DNA of 64,000 nt from Aulosira sp. ZfuVER01. GTDB taxonomy: Bacteria; Cyanobacteriota; Cyanobacteriia; Cyanobacteriales; Nostocaceae. How positions within the stretch are numbered: the stretch's first letter is position 1; each line of letters starts with the position of its first letter. Under the pieces are notes generated by a model, which saw only the letters and a program-made list of their open reading frames with translations, was not told where the DNA came from and did no database searches. Shown here piece after piece: positions 39,761-50,524 of the stretch. Made by a program: the position numbers and the translations under genes. Where the stretch lies: positions 25,838 through 89,837 of the forward strand of contig JAVRCV020000061.1 of assembly GCA_034530615.2 (NCBI GenBank), in the 5' to 3' direction.

Positions 39761-40489
39761 GTGAAAATTATTTTGGAGAATATCCATAAATCTTATGGCA
39801 AGCGGCAGATAGTTAATCGTGTGAGTCTTTCTGTTGCCCAAGGAGAAGTCGTTGGTTTACTAGGGCCGAATGGAGCAGGTAAAACAACAACCTTTTATAT
39901 TGCCACAGGTTTAGAAAAACCAAATCAGGGAAAAGTCTGGCTAGATGGGCTTGATATTACAGCAATGCCAATGCATAAGCGAGCAAGATTAGGCATTGGC
40001 TACCTAGCGCAAGAAGCAAGTGTTTTTCGCCAGCTTTCGGTACGCGATAACATACTCTTAGTACTAGAGCAAACTCATGTACCACAGTGGGAATGGTCAG
40101 GGCGGATTCAAAATTTACTGCGGGAGTTTCGTTTAGAAAAAGTGGCTAACAGTAAAGGAATTCAACTTTCTGGGGGCGAACGACGCCGGACGGAATTAGC
40201 TAGAGCTTTAGCTGCTGGCAGAGAAGGGCCGAAATTCTTACTTTTGGATGAACCATTTGCTGGAGTCGATCCGATCGCAGTTTCCGAGATTCAGCAAATT
40301 GTAGCGCGACTTCGCGATCGCGGCATGGGTATCTTAATAACAGATCACAATGTCCGTGAAACTCTGGCCATCACCGATCGCGCCTATATCATGCGCGAAG
40401 GACAAATTCTCGCTTTTGGTAATGCCAATGAACTTTATAATAACCCGCTCGTGCGGCAATATTATTTAGGCGATAATTTCCAAGTTTAA
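39761..40489 (+). CDS. lptB: LPS export ABC transporter ATP-binding protein
   Basis: GPNGAGKTT, LSGGERRR, LDEPFAGVDPIAV and ITDHNVRETL. Confidence 0.95.
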   Translation: MKIILENIHKSYGKRQIVNRVSLSVAQGEVVGLLGPNGAGKTTTFYIATGLEKPNQGKVWLDGLDITAMPMHKRARLGIGYLAQEASVFRQLSVRDNILLVLEQTHVPQWEWSGRIQNLLREFRLEKVANSKGIQLSGGERRRTELARALAAGREGPKFLLLDEPFAGVDPIAVSEIQQIVARLRDRGMGILITDHNVRETLAITDRAYIMREGQILAFGNANELYNNPLVRQYYLGDNFQV

Positions 40490-40663
40490 ACAACTAATGA
40501 TTAATCAATAATTTCCCAGAAGATTGTTGAGCCTTTATTCTTACGTATTCATCCAGAGTTTTCATTTAATTTTTCAGCTACTGGGAATTTGTTTTTGATA
40601 TTAAATTCAGTATAAATCCTTGGCTGTGTCTGGGTTCTAGATATTTACTTTTTAACTTTGCGT

Positions 40664-41839
40664 ATGATTACAAAGAAGCTCACATCTTATTACACTATCA
40701 ATTCGCTGATGCCTTTTACGATCATGGATCGCTACCTTACCAGCGAATTGCTACCACCGTTTTTATTTGGGGTGGGAGCTTTTTCATCAATTGGGGTGAC
40801 AATTGATGCCGTATTTGACTTAGTAAGAAAAATCGTAGAATCTGGACTACCTATAGACATCGCCATTCAGGTTTTTTTATTAAAACTGCCAACTTTCATT
40901 GTTTTAGCCTTTCCAATGTCCACTCTGTTGGCTACTTTGATGACCTATAGTCGGCTTTCGAGTCAGAGTGAACTCATTGCCCTGCGTGGTTGTGGGGTGA
41001 GTGTATATCGGATGGTGCTAACTGCTGTAATGTTAAGTTTGGTGGTGACAGGGCTGACGTTTGTGTTTAACGAGCATATAGCACCCGCAGCCAGTTATCA
41101 AGCAAATATGACTTTAAGTAATGCTTTAAAGTCAGACAAACCACTTTTAAAACAGCAAAATATTTTTTATCCAGAATATCGTGATACGAAAGCGCCTGAT
41201 GGGACTACAAACAGGATATTGACACGCTTGTTTTATGCCGATCAATTCGATGGCAAGCGGATGAGTGGTTTAACAGTTATAGATCGTTCGGAAGAAGGTT
41301 TAAATCAAATTGTAGTTGCAGAATCAGGGCAATGGAACGGATCGCAAAACGTATGGGATTTTTATAACGGCACTATTTATTTAGTAGCGCCCGATCGCTC
41401 CTATCGCAACATTCTGCGGTTTGAACACCAACAACTACGCCTGCCCCGCACACCATTGAGTTTGGCAGAAAAAAGCCGAGATTACGGCGAGATGAATATT
41501 TCCGAAGCATTAGAACAGCTAGCAGTAGAACGTCTCGGTGGCGATCGCCAAAAAATTCGCAAACTTGAAGTTCGGATTCAACAAAAAATCGCCTTGCCTT
41601 TTGTCTGTGTAGTTTTTGGCTTGGTAGGCGCAGCTATGGGTAGCGTACCCCAACGCACTGGACGCGGTACAAGTTTTGGTATTAGCGTCATCGTAATTTT
41701 CTCGTATTACTTACTCAGCTTTATGACTGGAGCTTTAGCACAGGCAAATGTGCTATCTCCCTTCATGGGAGCTTGGTTGCCTAACTTTATCGGCTTGGGA
41801 ACAGGTTTATTTTTATTGATCCGAGTTGCTCAACGTTAA
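40664..41839 (+). CDS. LptF/LptG family permease
   Basis: IMDRYL and SELIALRGCGVS; 3+3 TM topology; follows lptB. Confidence 0.9.
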   Translation: MITKKLTSYYTINSLMPFTIMDRYLTSELLPPFLFGVGAFSSIGVTIDAVFDLVRKIVESGLPIDIAIQVFLLKLPTFIVLAFPMSTLLATLMTYSRLSSQSELIALRGCGVSVYRMVLTAVMLSLVVTGLTFVFNEHIAPAASYQANMTLSNALKSDKPLLKQQNIFYPEYRDTKAPDGTTNRILTRLFYADQFDGKRMSGLTVIDRSEEGLNQIVVAESGQWNGSQNVWDFYNGTIYLVAPDRSYRNILRFEHQQLRLPRTPLSLAEKSRDYGEMNISEALEQLAVERLGGDRQKIRKLEVRIQQKIALPFVCVVFGLVGAAMGSVPQRTGRGTSFGISVIVIFSYYLLSFMTGALAQANVLSPFMGAWLPNFIGLGTGLFLLIRVAQR

Positions 41840-41843
41840 AGAT

Positions 41844-41998
41844 TGGGCATGGGGCATGGGGCATTGGGCAAACAAAGAGTGTGGGAAGTGTGGGAGGATG
41901 GGGAAGACGGGGGGAGCTAATAAAGAAAGTGTGGTTCGTTTCTCCCCTCTCTCCCCACACTCCCCCATCCCCCTTGTCCCCTTGTCCTTCCCTCACCC
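41844..41998. repeat. STRR run plus purine/pyrimidine inverted tracts
   Basis: GGGCATG heptamers, then G-rich 9-mers and complementary C-rich tracts between convergent genes. Confidence 0.7.
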
Positions 41999-41999
41999 C

Positions 42000-42620
42000 T
42001 CAAGAACTATATTTTCGGCATTCCGGCGCATCTGGATTATCTTTACAGTATTCTTCAAAAGAGAGTTTAGCTGATTCCATGCCTTCAGCTTTCTGATGAG
42101 CCGCTTCTGCTTGGAGTTCTTCAACTTCATCCCAAGCGGCGGCACAGAATTTAGAATAGGCCCCTTGCTCGGTACATATAGCACGCGCCTCTGCGATCGC
42201 TTTTTGAATTCTCTCTTCCAGCAGTAGGGCTTTTGGAGTCTCCACAAAGTCGCTTTTAGTCAGAATGTCGGTAATCGAGATGATGCCCAACAGCTTACCT
42301 TGAATCACAGGTGCTCTGCGGATACCAGTATTAGCAAATAACCGCGCCACATATTCCACACTCAACTCAGGATTGACGACGATGCAAGGCTTGCTCATAA
42401 TTTCGTAAACCCGCACTTGCTTCGGGTCTTTACCATAAGCAGTTACTTTATAGACAATATCTGTTTCCGTGACTATGCCATAGGCATCATTATCATAGCG
42501 ACGATCCACAACCAGCGCACGCAATCCTTTATCCTTCATTAGCCCCACCGCTTCAGCAACTGTTGCTGAACCACGAATGGTAACTACGTTCTTGGTCATG
42601 ATATCTTCAGCTCTCATCAT
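42000..42620 (-). CDS. CBS-CP12 fusion protein
   Basis: Two CBS domains, then CP12 (C..CAAAWDEVEEL..YCKDNPDAPEC); ATG 42620 after AGGAGA. Confidence 0.92.
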   Translation of the reverse strand: MMRAEDIMTKNVVTIRGSATVAEAVGLMKDKGLRALVVDRRYDNDAYGIVTETDIVYKVTAYGKDPKQVRVYEIMSKPCIVVNPELSVEYVARLFANTGIRRAPVIQGKLLGIISITDILTKSDFVETPKALLLEERIQKAIAEARAICTEQGAYSKFCAAAWDEVEELQAEAAHQKAEGMESAKLSFEEYCKDNPDAPECRKYSS

Positions 42621-43028
42621 TGCCGTAGTCTCCTGGTAAATAGTACTATGCGGTGCAAAAACGCAGATAGCAGCGCCTTCACGGTTATATAGAAGATGGC
42701 AGCGCACAGTTTAGTAACTAGAAAGTAGCTACAACAATAAACTTAGACCAGCTTTCAATTCCCGATCATATCCAAAGTGACCGTTGCTGCAAAACTAATA
42801 TCTCATTAGACAAGGAAAGCCTTACTCAAGAACCGCAATCAGCGAAAAGTAAATTTTTAACTAATAATTGTCCTTGACTAATGACTCATCAAGATTGAGC
42901 AGTTAGGATGAAATCAACCTGAAAGTTTATTTGAAATCTTTTCTAAATACGAAAGTTTTAGTAGTGTCAGTACCCTAAAACTACGTAAATTATTAATACT
43001 TCACTGTAAATTCCCCATACCTAAAACC

Positions 43029-44183
43029 ATGTCAAATCGTGATTATCCCCCTGTCTACTTACGCTATCTAAAAGCCAGGTTACGGAATTTAGGACGACCT
43101 AGCTTTTGGGTAACAGCAATTTTGTTATCTGTGCTTGGACTAGGAATGTGGGAATACCTGTCAAATCCAGATATGTTTGCTCAGAAGGAGAATCAAGAAC
43201 CTTCTCTACCAAAGGTTGCTGAATCATCCCTATCAGCTGAAGATCGAGCTGCGGTTGCAGATATTGATAACTTACCAGTCCTAATTAAAGACTTTGAGCA
43301 AGCAACTCTGGCAGCAGGATTAAATATTCCTGAAGAAAATTCAAAATCTAAGAACAGCCAAAGCTTATTTGATGATGTAATTAACCAGCAACCGTCTGTT
43401 ACAAATGTTGCCAAATCAAATTCTAGCTTGGGAATAGTTAATGGTATATCCACATCAAAGGAGAAAAATCCCTTTGTTTTACAAGCAGACAATTTATTGC
43501 GATCGGGTTATAGTAATAGCCCATTTTTAGGTGCTAAATCATTAACTACATCCGCAGAAGAAGCAGATAGTACAACAACATCCTTTAACCAAGGAATAGG
43601 ATTAGCTAATCCAACTAATAAAACTCAAAATTCTGTTTTGATCAGTCCCTTGCAAACTGCTATCAATCAATCGTCAAACCCGAATCTTTCTAATTTAAAT
43701 AGCCCAACTTCTAGCCCCACAAATATTACGGGGACTAGTTCCTATACCGGAGCAACATCCACAAGCCAAAATCTCTCTGGCTTTAATAGCCCAACTTCCA
43801 ACCCCACAAATATTATGGGAACTAGTTCCTACACTGGAGCAACACCAACACCACCTAGCATAAGTACAGGGGCAGGTTATACTCAACCAACAACAACAAA
43901 CTTCAACCAAAATTCTTACACTAACTTCAATAACAATCAGCCATTCTCAAATGGAGTACAAGCAACTTCAGTGACACCACCTGTCACCTCTGCAATCACT
44001 AACATTTCACCATACTCTACGCCTACTCAAACTCAAGGTAGTGTCAATCCCTCAACCCCAACAGTGTATGGTAATTATGGTGTGCAGCAACCTACTCAAC
44101 TACCCCAATCTCGAATCTCTCTTCCTCGGCCAACAGCAGGGCCGTACGGTGGGGTTCAGATTAATGGCTATACGTATCCTTAG
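43029..44183 (+). CDS. Membrane-anchored Ser/Thr/Asn/Pro-rich hypothetical protein
   Basis: One N-terminal TM helix; low-complexity tail with an 87-bp internal duplication. Confidence 0.75.
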   Translation: MSNRDYPPVYLRYLKARLRNLGRPSFWVTAILLSVLGLGMWEYLSNPDMFAQKENQEPSLPKVAESSLSAEDRAAVADIDNLPVLIKDFEQATLAAGLNIPEENSKSKNSQSLFDDVINQQPSVTNVAKSNSSLGIVNGISTSKEKNPFVLQADNLLRSGYSNSPFLGAKSLTTSAEEADSTTTSFNQGIGLANPTNKTQNSVLISPLQTAINQSSNPNLSNLNSPTSSPTNITGTSSYTGATSTSQNLSGFNSPTSNPTNIMGTSSYTGATPTPPSISTGAGYTQPTTTNFNQNSYTNFNNNQPFSNGVQATSVTPPVTSAITNISPYSTPTQTQGSVNPSTPTVYGNYGVQQPTQLPQSRISLPRPTAGPYGGVQINGYTYP

Positions 44184-44414
44184 AGAGCATATATCTATAA
44201 TTTGAGGTGATCGCTTATTTTATGGTGAGAATTTACAAAAATAAAGCGATCGCTTGTTTGTTCCAGTAAGTTCGATTGTATAAATACCTTTAAATAAGGG
44301 TCAAGTGATGAGAGTTGATACTCATTTAAGTGCGCTAACTGATGAGGAATAAACGCTAACCACTCTGTAATTGAAGCGCTAAATACCTAGCTTTATAGCA
44401 ATCAGATTAATTAC

Positions 44415-44891
44415 TTAACGTTTAATTTGTTTAGGAAATTTAGGAACTAATAAAGATTGTGCTAATTCACCTTGCTCATTATAAAATCTCATCTCACCTT
44501 GCTCATTACATAACCATACTTCTATAGCTTGAGCTTCTAAATATAATTTTTGTTTAAATTCCATCTCTTCCAAACTGTTACCGCTGGATTTAACTTCTAC
44601 ACAAATTTCTGGCGCAATCGATGCTGACACTTCATCTTCAATTTGAGCAAATCGTTCCTCAGAACACCAAACAACATCAGCAACTTTCACTCCATCTGAT
44701 GTATTTATCGCACATTCTGGCATAACTTCTCCTGTATCCAGTAAGGATTCTAATAAACGTTGAATTCTCCCTTGGTAAAAAGAATGTTTTATTTTGACGG
44801 GACTCATGACAATTTGACCCCATTTATTTAATTCGATTTTGAAGGGTAAATCCTGTAGACTTTTATTGTCACAAACTTCTTCCCATCTCAT
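44415..44891 (-). CDS. Uma2 family putative endonuclease
   Basis: KIELNKWGQIVMSP, VKVADVVW and APEICVEVKS; likely start MRWEEV at 44891. Confidence 0.88.
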   Translation of the reverse strand: MRWEEVCDNKSLQDLPFKIELNKWGQIVMSPVKIKHSFYQGRIQRLLESLLDTGEVMPECAINTSDGVKVADVVWCSEERFAQIEDEVSASIAPEICVEVKSSGNSLEEMEFKQKLYLEAQAIEVWLCNEQGEMRFYNEQGELAQSLLVPKFPKQIKR

Positions 44892-44982
44892 AATGAATAT
44901 TTTCCCTGAGCAAGAGAACAATTTATTTAATTTTAACTGATTCATAGAGAGCGATCGCGCTTTCATCCACAAGCACAGAAAA

Positions 44983-45017
44983 GTGTAGATGCGTAGCAGC
45001 TTGTCGTTAGACAGCGC
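44983..45017. repeat. SDR5-like small dispersed repeat
   Basis: Reverse strand gcgctgtctaacgacaagctgctacgcatctac resembles HIP1-associated small repeats; several HIP1 sites nearby. Confidence 0.45.
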
Positions 45018-45121
45018 ACTCTGGGTAGTTAGAAAGGCGATCGCTCTGTTATCTCTACACAATCTTAGGTTGACCTACACAAACGATCGCTTTGCTTCTG
45101 GGGAAATTTTTGATTTGTAAC

Positions 45122-48100
45122 TTAAACTCTAGCTGCTGGTTTTCTAGTTTTTGCTTGATGAATCGGTAGCTCAACTACAAACTCTGTGCCTTTACCAGGT
45201 TCAGATTGGCAGTAGATTTTACCCTTGTGTTTATCTGTCACAATTTGATAGCTAATAGAAAGTCCTAACCCTGTACCTTTGCCAACTACCTTGGTGGTAA
45301 AAAATGGATCGAACAGCCGAGATAGTACTTGTTCATCCATGCCAAATCCGTTGTCAGCAATCCGAATCGCAATCCAGTCATCATTTAGTAAAGAGGTAGA
45401 AATTAGGATTTCGCTGGGATTTGTGGCAATCACTTCGGCAGATGTGCAGGCGTTGCGCTCTTCTAATGTATCAATGGCATTAGATAGCAAATTCATAAAA
45501 ACCTGATTTAACTGACCGGGATAGCATTCTATGAGAGGTAATGAATCATAGTCTTTGCTGACATTAATGGTAGGGCTATCAGATGAAGGCTTCAAGCGAT
45601 GTTGCAAAATCATCAATGTACTGTCAATACCTTCGTGAATATTAGCTACTTTCAATTCGGCTTCATCTAGGCGCGAGAAGTTACGTAAAGAGGTGACAAT
45701 TTCGCAAATGCGCTCACTACCAATCTTCATAGACTGGAATAATTTAGGTAGGTCGTCAATTAAAAAGTCGATTTCGGCTTTCTTGAAAAATTCTTGGATC
45801 TCTGGCGCAGCATCGGGATGATAATTTCGATAAAGCTCCACACAGCGAAGTAAATCTTTTGTGTATTGGTCGGCGTGTTCCAAGTTTCCGTAGATAAAAT
45901 TAATTGGGTTATTAATTTCATGAGCAACCCCCGCAACTAATTGCCCCAAGCTAGCCATTTTTTCCGCGTGGATGATTTGCATTTGCGCAGTGCGTAGTTC
46001 ATTAAGTGCCTGTGCGAGTTGGTTTGCTTCTTCACGGGTTTGACCAAGCAAACTGGATTGTTGAAATAAATTGGCCTGACGTAGGGCAACACTGAGTTGA
46101 GCTGCTACTTGGGTGACAAATTCTAATTCAGTCTCTTCCCAATTACGGGGATGCGTGCATTGGTGAATGCACAACAACCCCCACAGTTCGTCGCCTTCCA
46201 TCAGCGGTACAATGACTTGCGCTTTGACTTGGAATCGCTCGATCACATCAAGATGAGGCACTTTGGAGCCAATGCTGTTGATATCAGAAATTACTTGCAC
46301 TTGCCCTTGACGATATTGCGGTGCGAAATGGTCGCCAAAGCAATAGTCTTGTACCTTGAGAGCAAGGGCAGAATCAAACTGAGGTAGCACATCTTCAGCG
46401 ATAAATTCTCCACTGCAAAAACCAACATTGGGGTCAAAACGGAATATACCGACTCGATCGCCTTTGAGCGATCGCCGCACTTCGTGTACTGTAGTCTTGA
46501 ATATTGTCTCCAAATCCAAAGATTCTCGAATTTTGACGACTAAATCAAATAAAATCCGGCGTTGTTCTGCCGATTTTTGCAGTTCATCGGCTCGAGTCTG
46601 AACTTGAGTCATCATTTGCGAACTTTGCAGCGCTACTCCGAGTTGGCTAGCAACCTGTGCCAAAAATTCTACTTCCACACTCTCCCACTGGCGCGGTGCA
46701 GAATGTTGATAAGCAGCCAGTAATCCCCACAACTTCCGCCCAACAAAAATTGGGGTCAATGCATAGGCACGAATCTTGAATTGCTCCAAAATATCTAGGT
46801 GACAGCGTGAGTGTCCAGCTTGGTAGATGTCGCTAATGGCAAAATTTTCGTTGTTGCGATAGCGTCCGCCTTTGGTTTCTTGTAGATGGGTATCTTCCCA
46901 AACTAAATTTTTACCAAATGGATTGATGCTGTCCCACTGTGCCTCAACCATACCAAAATGACTGACAAATTCCCCACTCCAGTCTTCATTGAAGCGATAA
47001 ACGCCAACTCGCTCAACTCGCAGCAGTTTACAAACTTCTTGGCAGCTTGTTTTGAGAATCAAATTAATATCTAAAGTGGAGCGAATTTTCCCGACTACTT
47101 CTGTTAGTGCCCGTTGCCTGGCGATCGCATCTTGGAGGGCAATGGCTTGTTGTTTCGACTGAGTCAAATTCTCGGCTTGCTGAATCGCCACCCCCAATTG
47201 TGCCCCTACTTGTCCGAGAAACTCAACTTCGTAATTTTCCCATTGGCGCGGTTCGGAGTGTTGATAAGCTGCTATTAGTCCCCACAGTTTAGGCCCAATG
47301 AAGATGGGCGCTAAAGCATAAGCCCGAATCTTGAATTGCTCTAAAATGTCGATGTGACAACGTGAATGACCGGCTTGGTAAATGTCGTTGACGGCAAAAC
47401 TCTCATTATGGCGGTAGCGCCCACCTTTGGTTTCTTGGAGGTAGGTATCTTCCCAAACCAGATTTCTGCCAAAGGGATTGATTCTATTCCACTGTGCCTC
47501 AACCATGCCGAACTGGCTGACAAATTCACCAGTCCAGTCTTCATTAAAGCGGTAAACTGCTACCCGTTCTAGCTTTAGAAGTTTGCAAAGTTCTTGACAG
47601 GCGGTGTTGAGAATAAATTCGGTGTTCAAAGACGAGCGAATATTCCCTACTACTTCCGTCAAGGCACGTTGCCGCGCAATGGCATCTTGTAGTTCTGCTG
47701 TGCGCTGTTTGGAAGTCCCGAGGATTTCTGCTTGCTGCATTGCCACACCCAGAGTGCTGGCAGCTTGTGTGAGAAATTCAAGTTCGTCTGCATACCATTG
47801 CCGAGGGGCAGAGTGTTGATAAGCTGCTAGCAAACCCCACAGTTTTGCACCTACGAAAATAGGTGCGATCGCATACGCCCGAATCTGAAACTGTTCTAAA
47901 ACTTCAATATGACAACGAGCATGGCCTGCATCATAAATGTCAGTGACTGCAAACGGCTCACTTTTGCGATATCGCCCTCCCTGAGTTTCTTGCAAGTGCG
48001 AATCTTCCCACACCAAGTCCTGCCCAAAAGCAGTTAATGTATGCCAGGGAGATTCTGCAAAGCCAAAACGATTGATGAAACTACCACTCCAGTCAGCATT

Positions 48101-48307
48101 GAAACGGTAGATTGCCACCCGTTCAATTTTCAATTGCCGACAAATATCTTGACAAGAAGTTGAACACAAGGATTCTAGGTTTACAGATGCCCGAATCCTA
48201 GCTATGATTCTCGCCAAGATTTTTTGGTACTGGGCGGCAAGCTGTAGCTGTTTGTGACAGTCTTGCCAACCTAGGGGGTTTGACGTTTCATAATCGTTTG
48301 TTGTCAT
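45122..48307 (-). CDS. Cyanobacteriochrome sensor histidine kinase (4 GAF + HisKA/HATPase)
   Basis: GAF1-3 carry WEDx(H/Y)LQETxGGRY and the CH bilin site; GAF4 carries DYCF; VAHEINNP and GTGLGL. Confidence 0.92.
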   Translation of the reverse strand: MTTNDYETSNPLGWQDCHKQLQLAAQYQKILARIIARIRASVNLESLCSTSCQDICRQLKIERVAIYRFNADWSGSFINRFGFAESPWHTLTAFGQDLVWEDSHLQETQGGRYRKSEPFAVTDIYDAGHARCHIEVLEQFQIRAYAIAPIFVGAKLWGLLAAYQHSAPRQWYADELEFLTQAASTLGVAMQQAEILGTSKQRTAELQDAIARQRALTEVVGNIRSSLNTEFILNTACQELCKLLKLERVAVYRFNEDWTGEFVSQFGMVEAQWNRINPFGRNLVWEDTYLQETKGGRYRHNESFAVNDIYQAGHSRCHIDILEQFKIRAYALAPIFIGPKLWGLIAAYQHSEPRQWENYEVEFLGQVGAQLGVAIQQAENLTQSKQQAIALQDAIARQRALTEVVGKIRSTLDINLILKTSCQEVCKLLRVERVGVYRFNEDWSGEFVSHFGMVEAQWDSINPFGKNLVWEDTHLQETKGGRYRNNENFAISDIYQAGHSRCHLDILEQFKIRAYALTPIFVGRKLWGLLAAYQHSAPRQWESVEVEFLAQVASQLGVALQSSQMMTQVQTRADELQKSAEQRRILFDLVVKIRESLDLETIFKTTVHEVRRSLKGDRVGIFRFDPNVGFCSGEFIAEDVLPQFDSALALKVQDYCFGDHFAPQYRQGQVQVISDINSIGSKVPHLDVIERFQVKAQVIVPLMEGDELWGLLCIHQCTHPRNWEETELEFVTQVAAQLSVALRQANLFQQSSLLGQTREEANQLAQALNELRTAQMQIIHAEKMASLGQLVAGVAHEINNPINFIYGNLEHADQYTKDLLRCVELYRNYHPDAAPEIQEFFKKAEIDFLIDDLPKLFQSMKIGSERICEIVTSLRNFSRLDEAELKVANIHEGIDSTLMILQHRLKPSSDSPTINVSKDYDSLPLIECYPGQLNQVFMNLLSNAIDTLEERNACTSAEVIATNPSEILISTSLLNDDWIAIRIADNGFGMDEQVLSRLFDPFFTTKVVGKGTGLGLSISYQIVTDKHKGKIYCQSEPGKGTEFVVELPIHQAKTRKPAARV

Positions 48308-48510
48308 AAAGTGTGGGAAAAATTAATATTTTTATAGTTATAGTCTTCCCTAATTTATTTTTTTAATCTCAAATTGCACAAGAAATGCACATACTACTCT
48401 GGCTGTACAAATTAAGAATTAATTTGCGGCATTTTTGCGGTGATTTTGCCGTTTTTTGGTGTTTAGATACGACCTGGTAGTATTAGAGGATTATTGGTAC
48501 AGAAATTAAT

Positions 48511-48945
48511 ATGTTATGTCGAAAAATTATTTGGGCATTGCTAATTGCCGCTATCCTAAACGCTTTAGTTGCCATACCAAAAGCTGAAGCCAATTGCCCT
48601 GGCTCTGTTCAGCCACTTGAGGAAGTCCAACCGCAAGTTCAGCAGCGTTGGGAAGAATTACAGCGCCAGGAAAGTTATCCTTGGGGCACAGCAAAAGTAT
48701 ATGAACGCTTGCAAGGCGATCGCATTACCCTAGCTCAAAGTTTCGATCGGCTCCGTGGCTCCCAAAAACAGGAAGTCCTCAACCAGCTGCGACTTGGCAA
48801 CTACCCGCATAGTGTTGATGCCAGCGATGGTCGCTTGCTTTCGGCAGTGTATGACGCTTGTACACGCTTTGATATGCTGACTGAGAAGGCACGCTATAGC
48901 TGGTATTACAACAGCATTGGCCGATCGCTAGTTATACCAATATGA
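48511..48945 (+). CDS. Secreted hypothetical protein
   Basis: Signal peptide ending AEA; 144 aa. Confidence 0.6.
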   Translation: MLCRKIIWALLIAAILNALVAIPKAEANCPGSVQPLEEVQPQVQQRWEELQRQESYPWGTAKVYERLQGDRITLAQSFDRLRGSQKQEVLNQLRLGNYPHSVDASDGRLLSAVYDACTRFDMLTEKARYSWYYNSIGRSLVIPI

Positions 48946-49131
48946 ATGCGATAGATGCATTGGTCAGGGTGAAGAAATCCCACTCTTTAGAAGTATGCGC
49001 AACATGATTGATTAATAGCAATAGCGGTAAATTATTAATGGGATGTATCTGGGTCTAGCCATTTAGGGAGATGTCAGCAGCGTAAGTTGTCATCTAGGTT
49101 GGGAAAGTCGAATAATTTAATTAGACTTGCC

Positions 49132-49353
49132 ATGATTCAACCCACTGCTATTTCTATACCCGAACCTCAAATCCCCACTCCGGAACCGAATCCTCTACCC
49201 CGTCCTGAACCTGTACCAGGGCCAGCGATTCCCCAACCCATACCGGGGCCTGTACCAGAACCTGTACCTGCGCCCATTCCCCAGCCTGTTCCAGGGCCAA
49301 TTCCTCAAACAGTTCCAGGGACAATTCCCCAAACGATTCCTGAACCTGTTTGA
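49132..49353 (+). CDS. Small proline-rich repeat protein
   Basis: 73 aa of (I/V)PxP tetrapeptides with varied synonymous codons. Confidence 0.6.
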   Translation: MIQPTAISIPEPQIPTPEPNPLPRPEPVPGPAIPQPIPGPVPEPVPAPIPQPVPGPIPQTVPGTIPQTIPEPV

Positions 49354-49396
49354 ATTATCTTTGTAGTTTAATTACAAACCAAACCTAAAATCTAAA

Positions 49397-50488
49397 ATGC
49401 TACGAGCCGGAATTGTCGGACTTCCCAACGTCGGAAAATCTACTTTATTTAATGCTGTAGTTGCTAACGCCAAAGCAGAAGCAGCTAACTTCCCTTTTTG
49501 CACCATTGAACCAAATGTCGGCGTTGTCGCAGTACCAGATGAGCGCTTAAATGTGCTATCGAACATTTCCAGTTCAGCACAAATTATCCCAGCGCGTGTC
49601 GAGTTTGTGGATATTGCCGGTTTGGTGAAAGGTGCAAGCCAGGGTGAGGGACTAGGTAATCAATTTCTGTCCCACATCCGGGAAGTTGATGCAATTGTCC
49701 ATGTGGTACGTTGTTTTGAAAATGATGATATTATTCACGTCGCTGGTTCAGTTGACCCAGCACGAGATATTGAAATCATTAATTTAGAGCTTGGTTTAGC
49801 AGATTTATCACAAATTGAGCGCCGCATTGACCGAACCCGCAAACAAGCACGTACTAGTAAAGATGCACAATTTGAAGTTACAGTTCTCGAAAAATTGGCT
49901 GCGGCTTTAAATGAAGGTAAATCTGTGCGACAAGTGAGTTTAACTGAAGAAGAAGCAGAAATTATTAAAGGACTAGGACTACTGACAAATAAACCAATAA
50001 TCTACGCCGCCAATGTTTCTGAAGATGATTTAGCAACAGGTAATGATTTTGTAGAGAAAGTGCGGCAAATAGCATCTGGTGAAAATGCTCAAGTCGTCAT
50101 AGTTTCTGCCCAAGTAGAAGCCGAACTTGTAGAATTACCAGAGGAAGATAAAGCTGATTTTCTGGAATCTTTGGGTGTAGAAGAAGGCGGTTTAAAATCA
50201 TTGATTCGTGCTACTTACACTCTGTTAGGCTTGCGCACATATTTCACCAGTGGCCCTAAAGAAACCCGCGCTTGGACAATTCATGCGGGAATGTCTGCAC
50301 CCCAAGCAGCTGGTGTAATTCACTCTGATTTTGAACGGGGATTTATTCGTGCTGAAACAGTTGCTTATGATGATTTGGTAACAACTGGTTCGATGAATGC
50401 TGCAAAGGAAAAAGGATTAGTCAGAAGTGAAGGCAAAGAATATATTGTCAAAGAAGGTGATGTGATGTTATTCCGATTTAATGTGTAG
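49397..50488 (+). CDS. ychF: Redox-regulated ATPase YchF
   Basis: [32 protein letters not shown] and [10 protein letters not shown]. Confidence 0.97.
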   Translation: MLRAGIVGLPNVGKSTLFNAVVANAKAEAANFPFCTIEPNVGVVAVPDERLNVLSNISSSAQIIPARVEFVDIAGLVKGASQGEGLGNQFLSHIREVDAIVHVVRCFENDDIIHVAGSVDPARDIEIINLELGLADLSQIERRIDRTRKQARTSKDAQFEVTVLEKLAAALNEGKSVRQVSLTEEEAEIIKGLGLLTNKPIIYAANVSEDDLATGNDFVEKVRQIASGENAQVVIVSAQVEAELVELPEEDKADFLESLGVEEGGLKSLIRATYTLLGLRTYFTSGPKETRAWTIHAGMSAPQAAGVIHSDFERGFIRAETVAYDDLVTTGSMNAAKEKGLVRSEGKEYIVKEGDVMLFRFNV

Positions 50489-50524
50489 AGGAAATAATTA
50501 CTAATTCGTAATTCGTAATTAGAT

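Noticed and set aside
48933..49025. MITE truncating the 48511 gene
   Set aside because: An ataccaat start is present but no matching right end was found; unsupported
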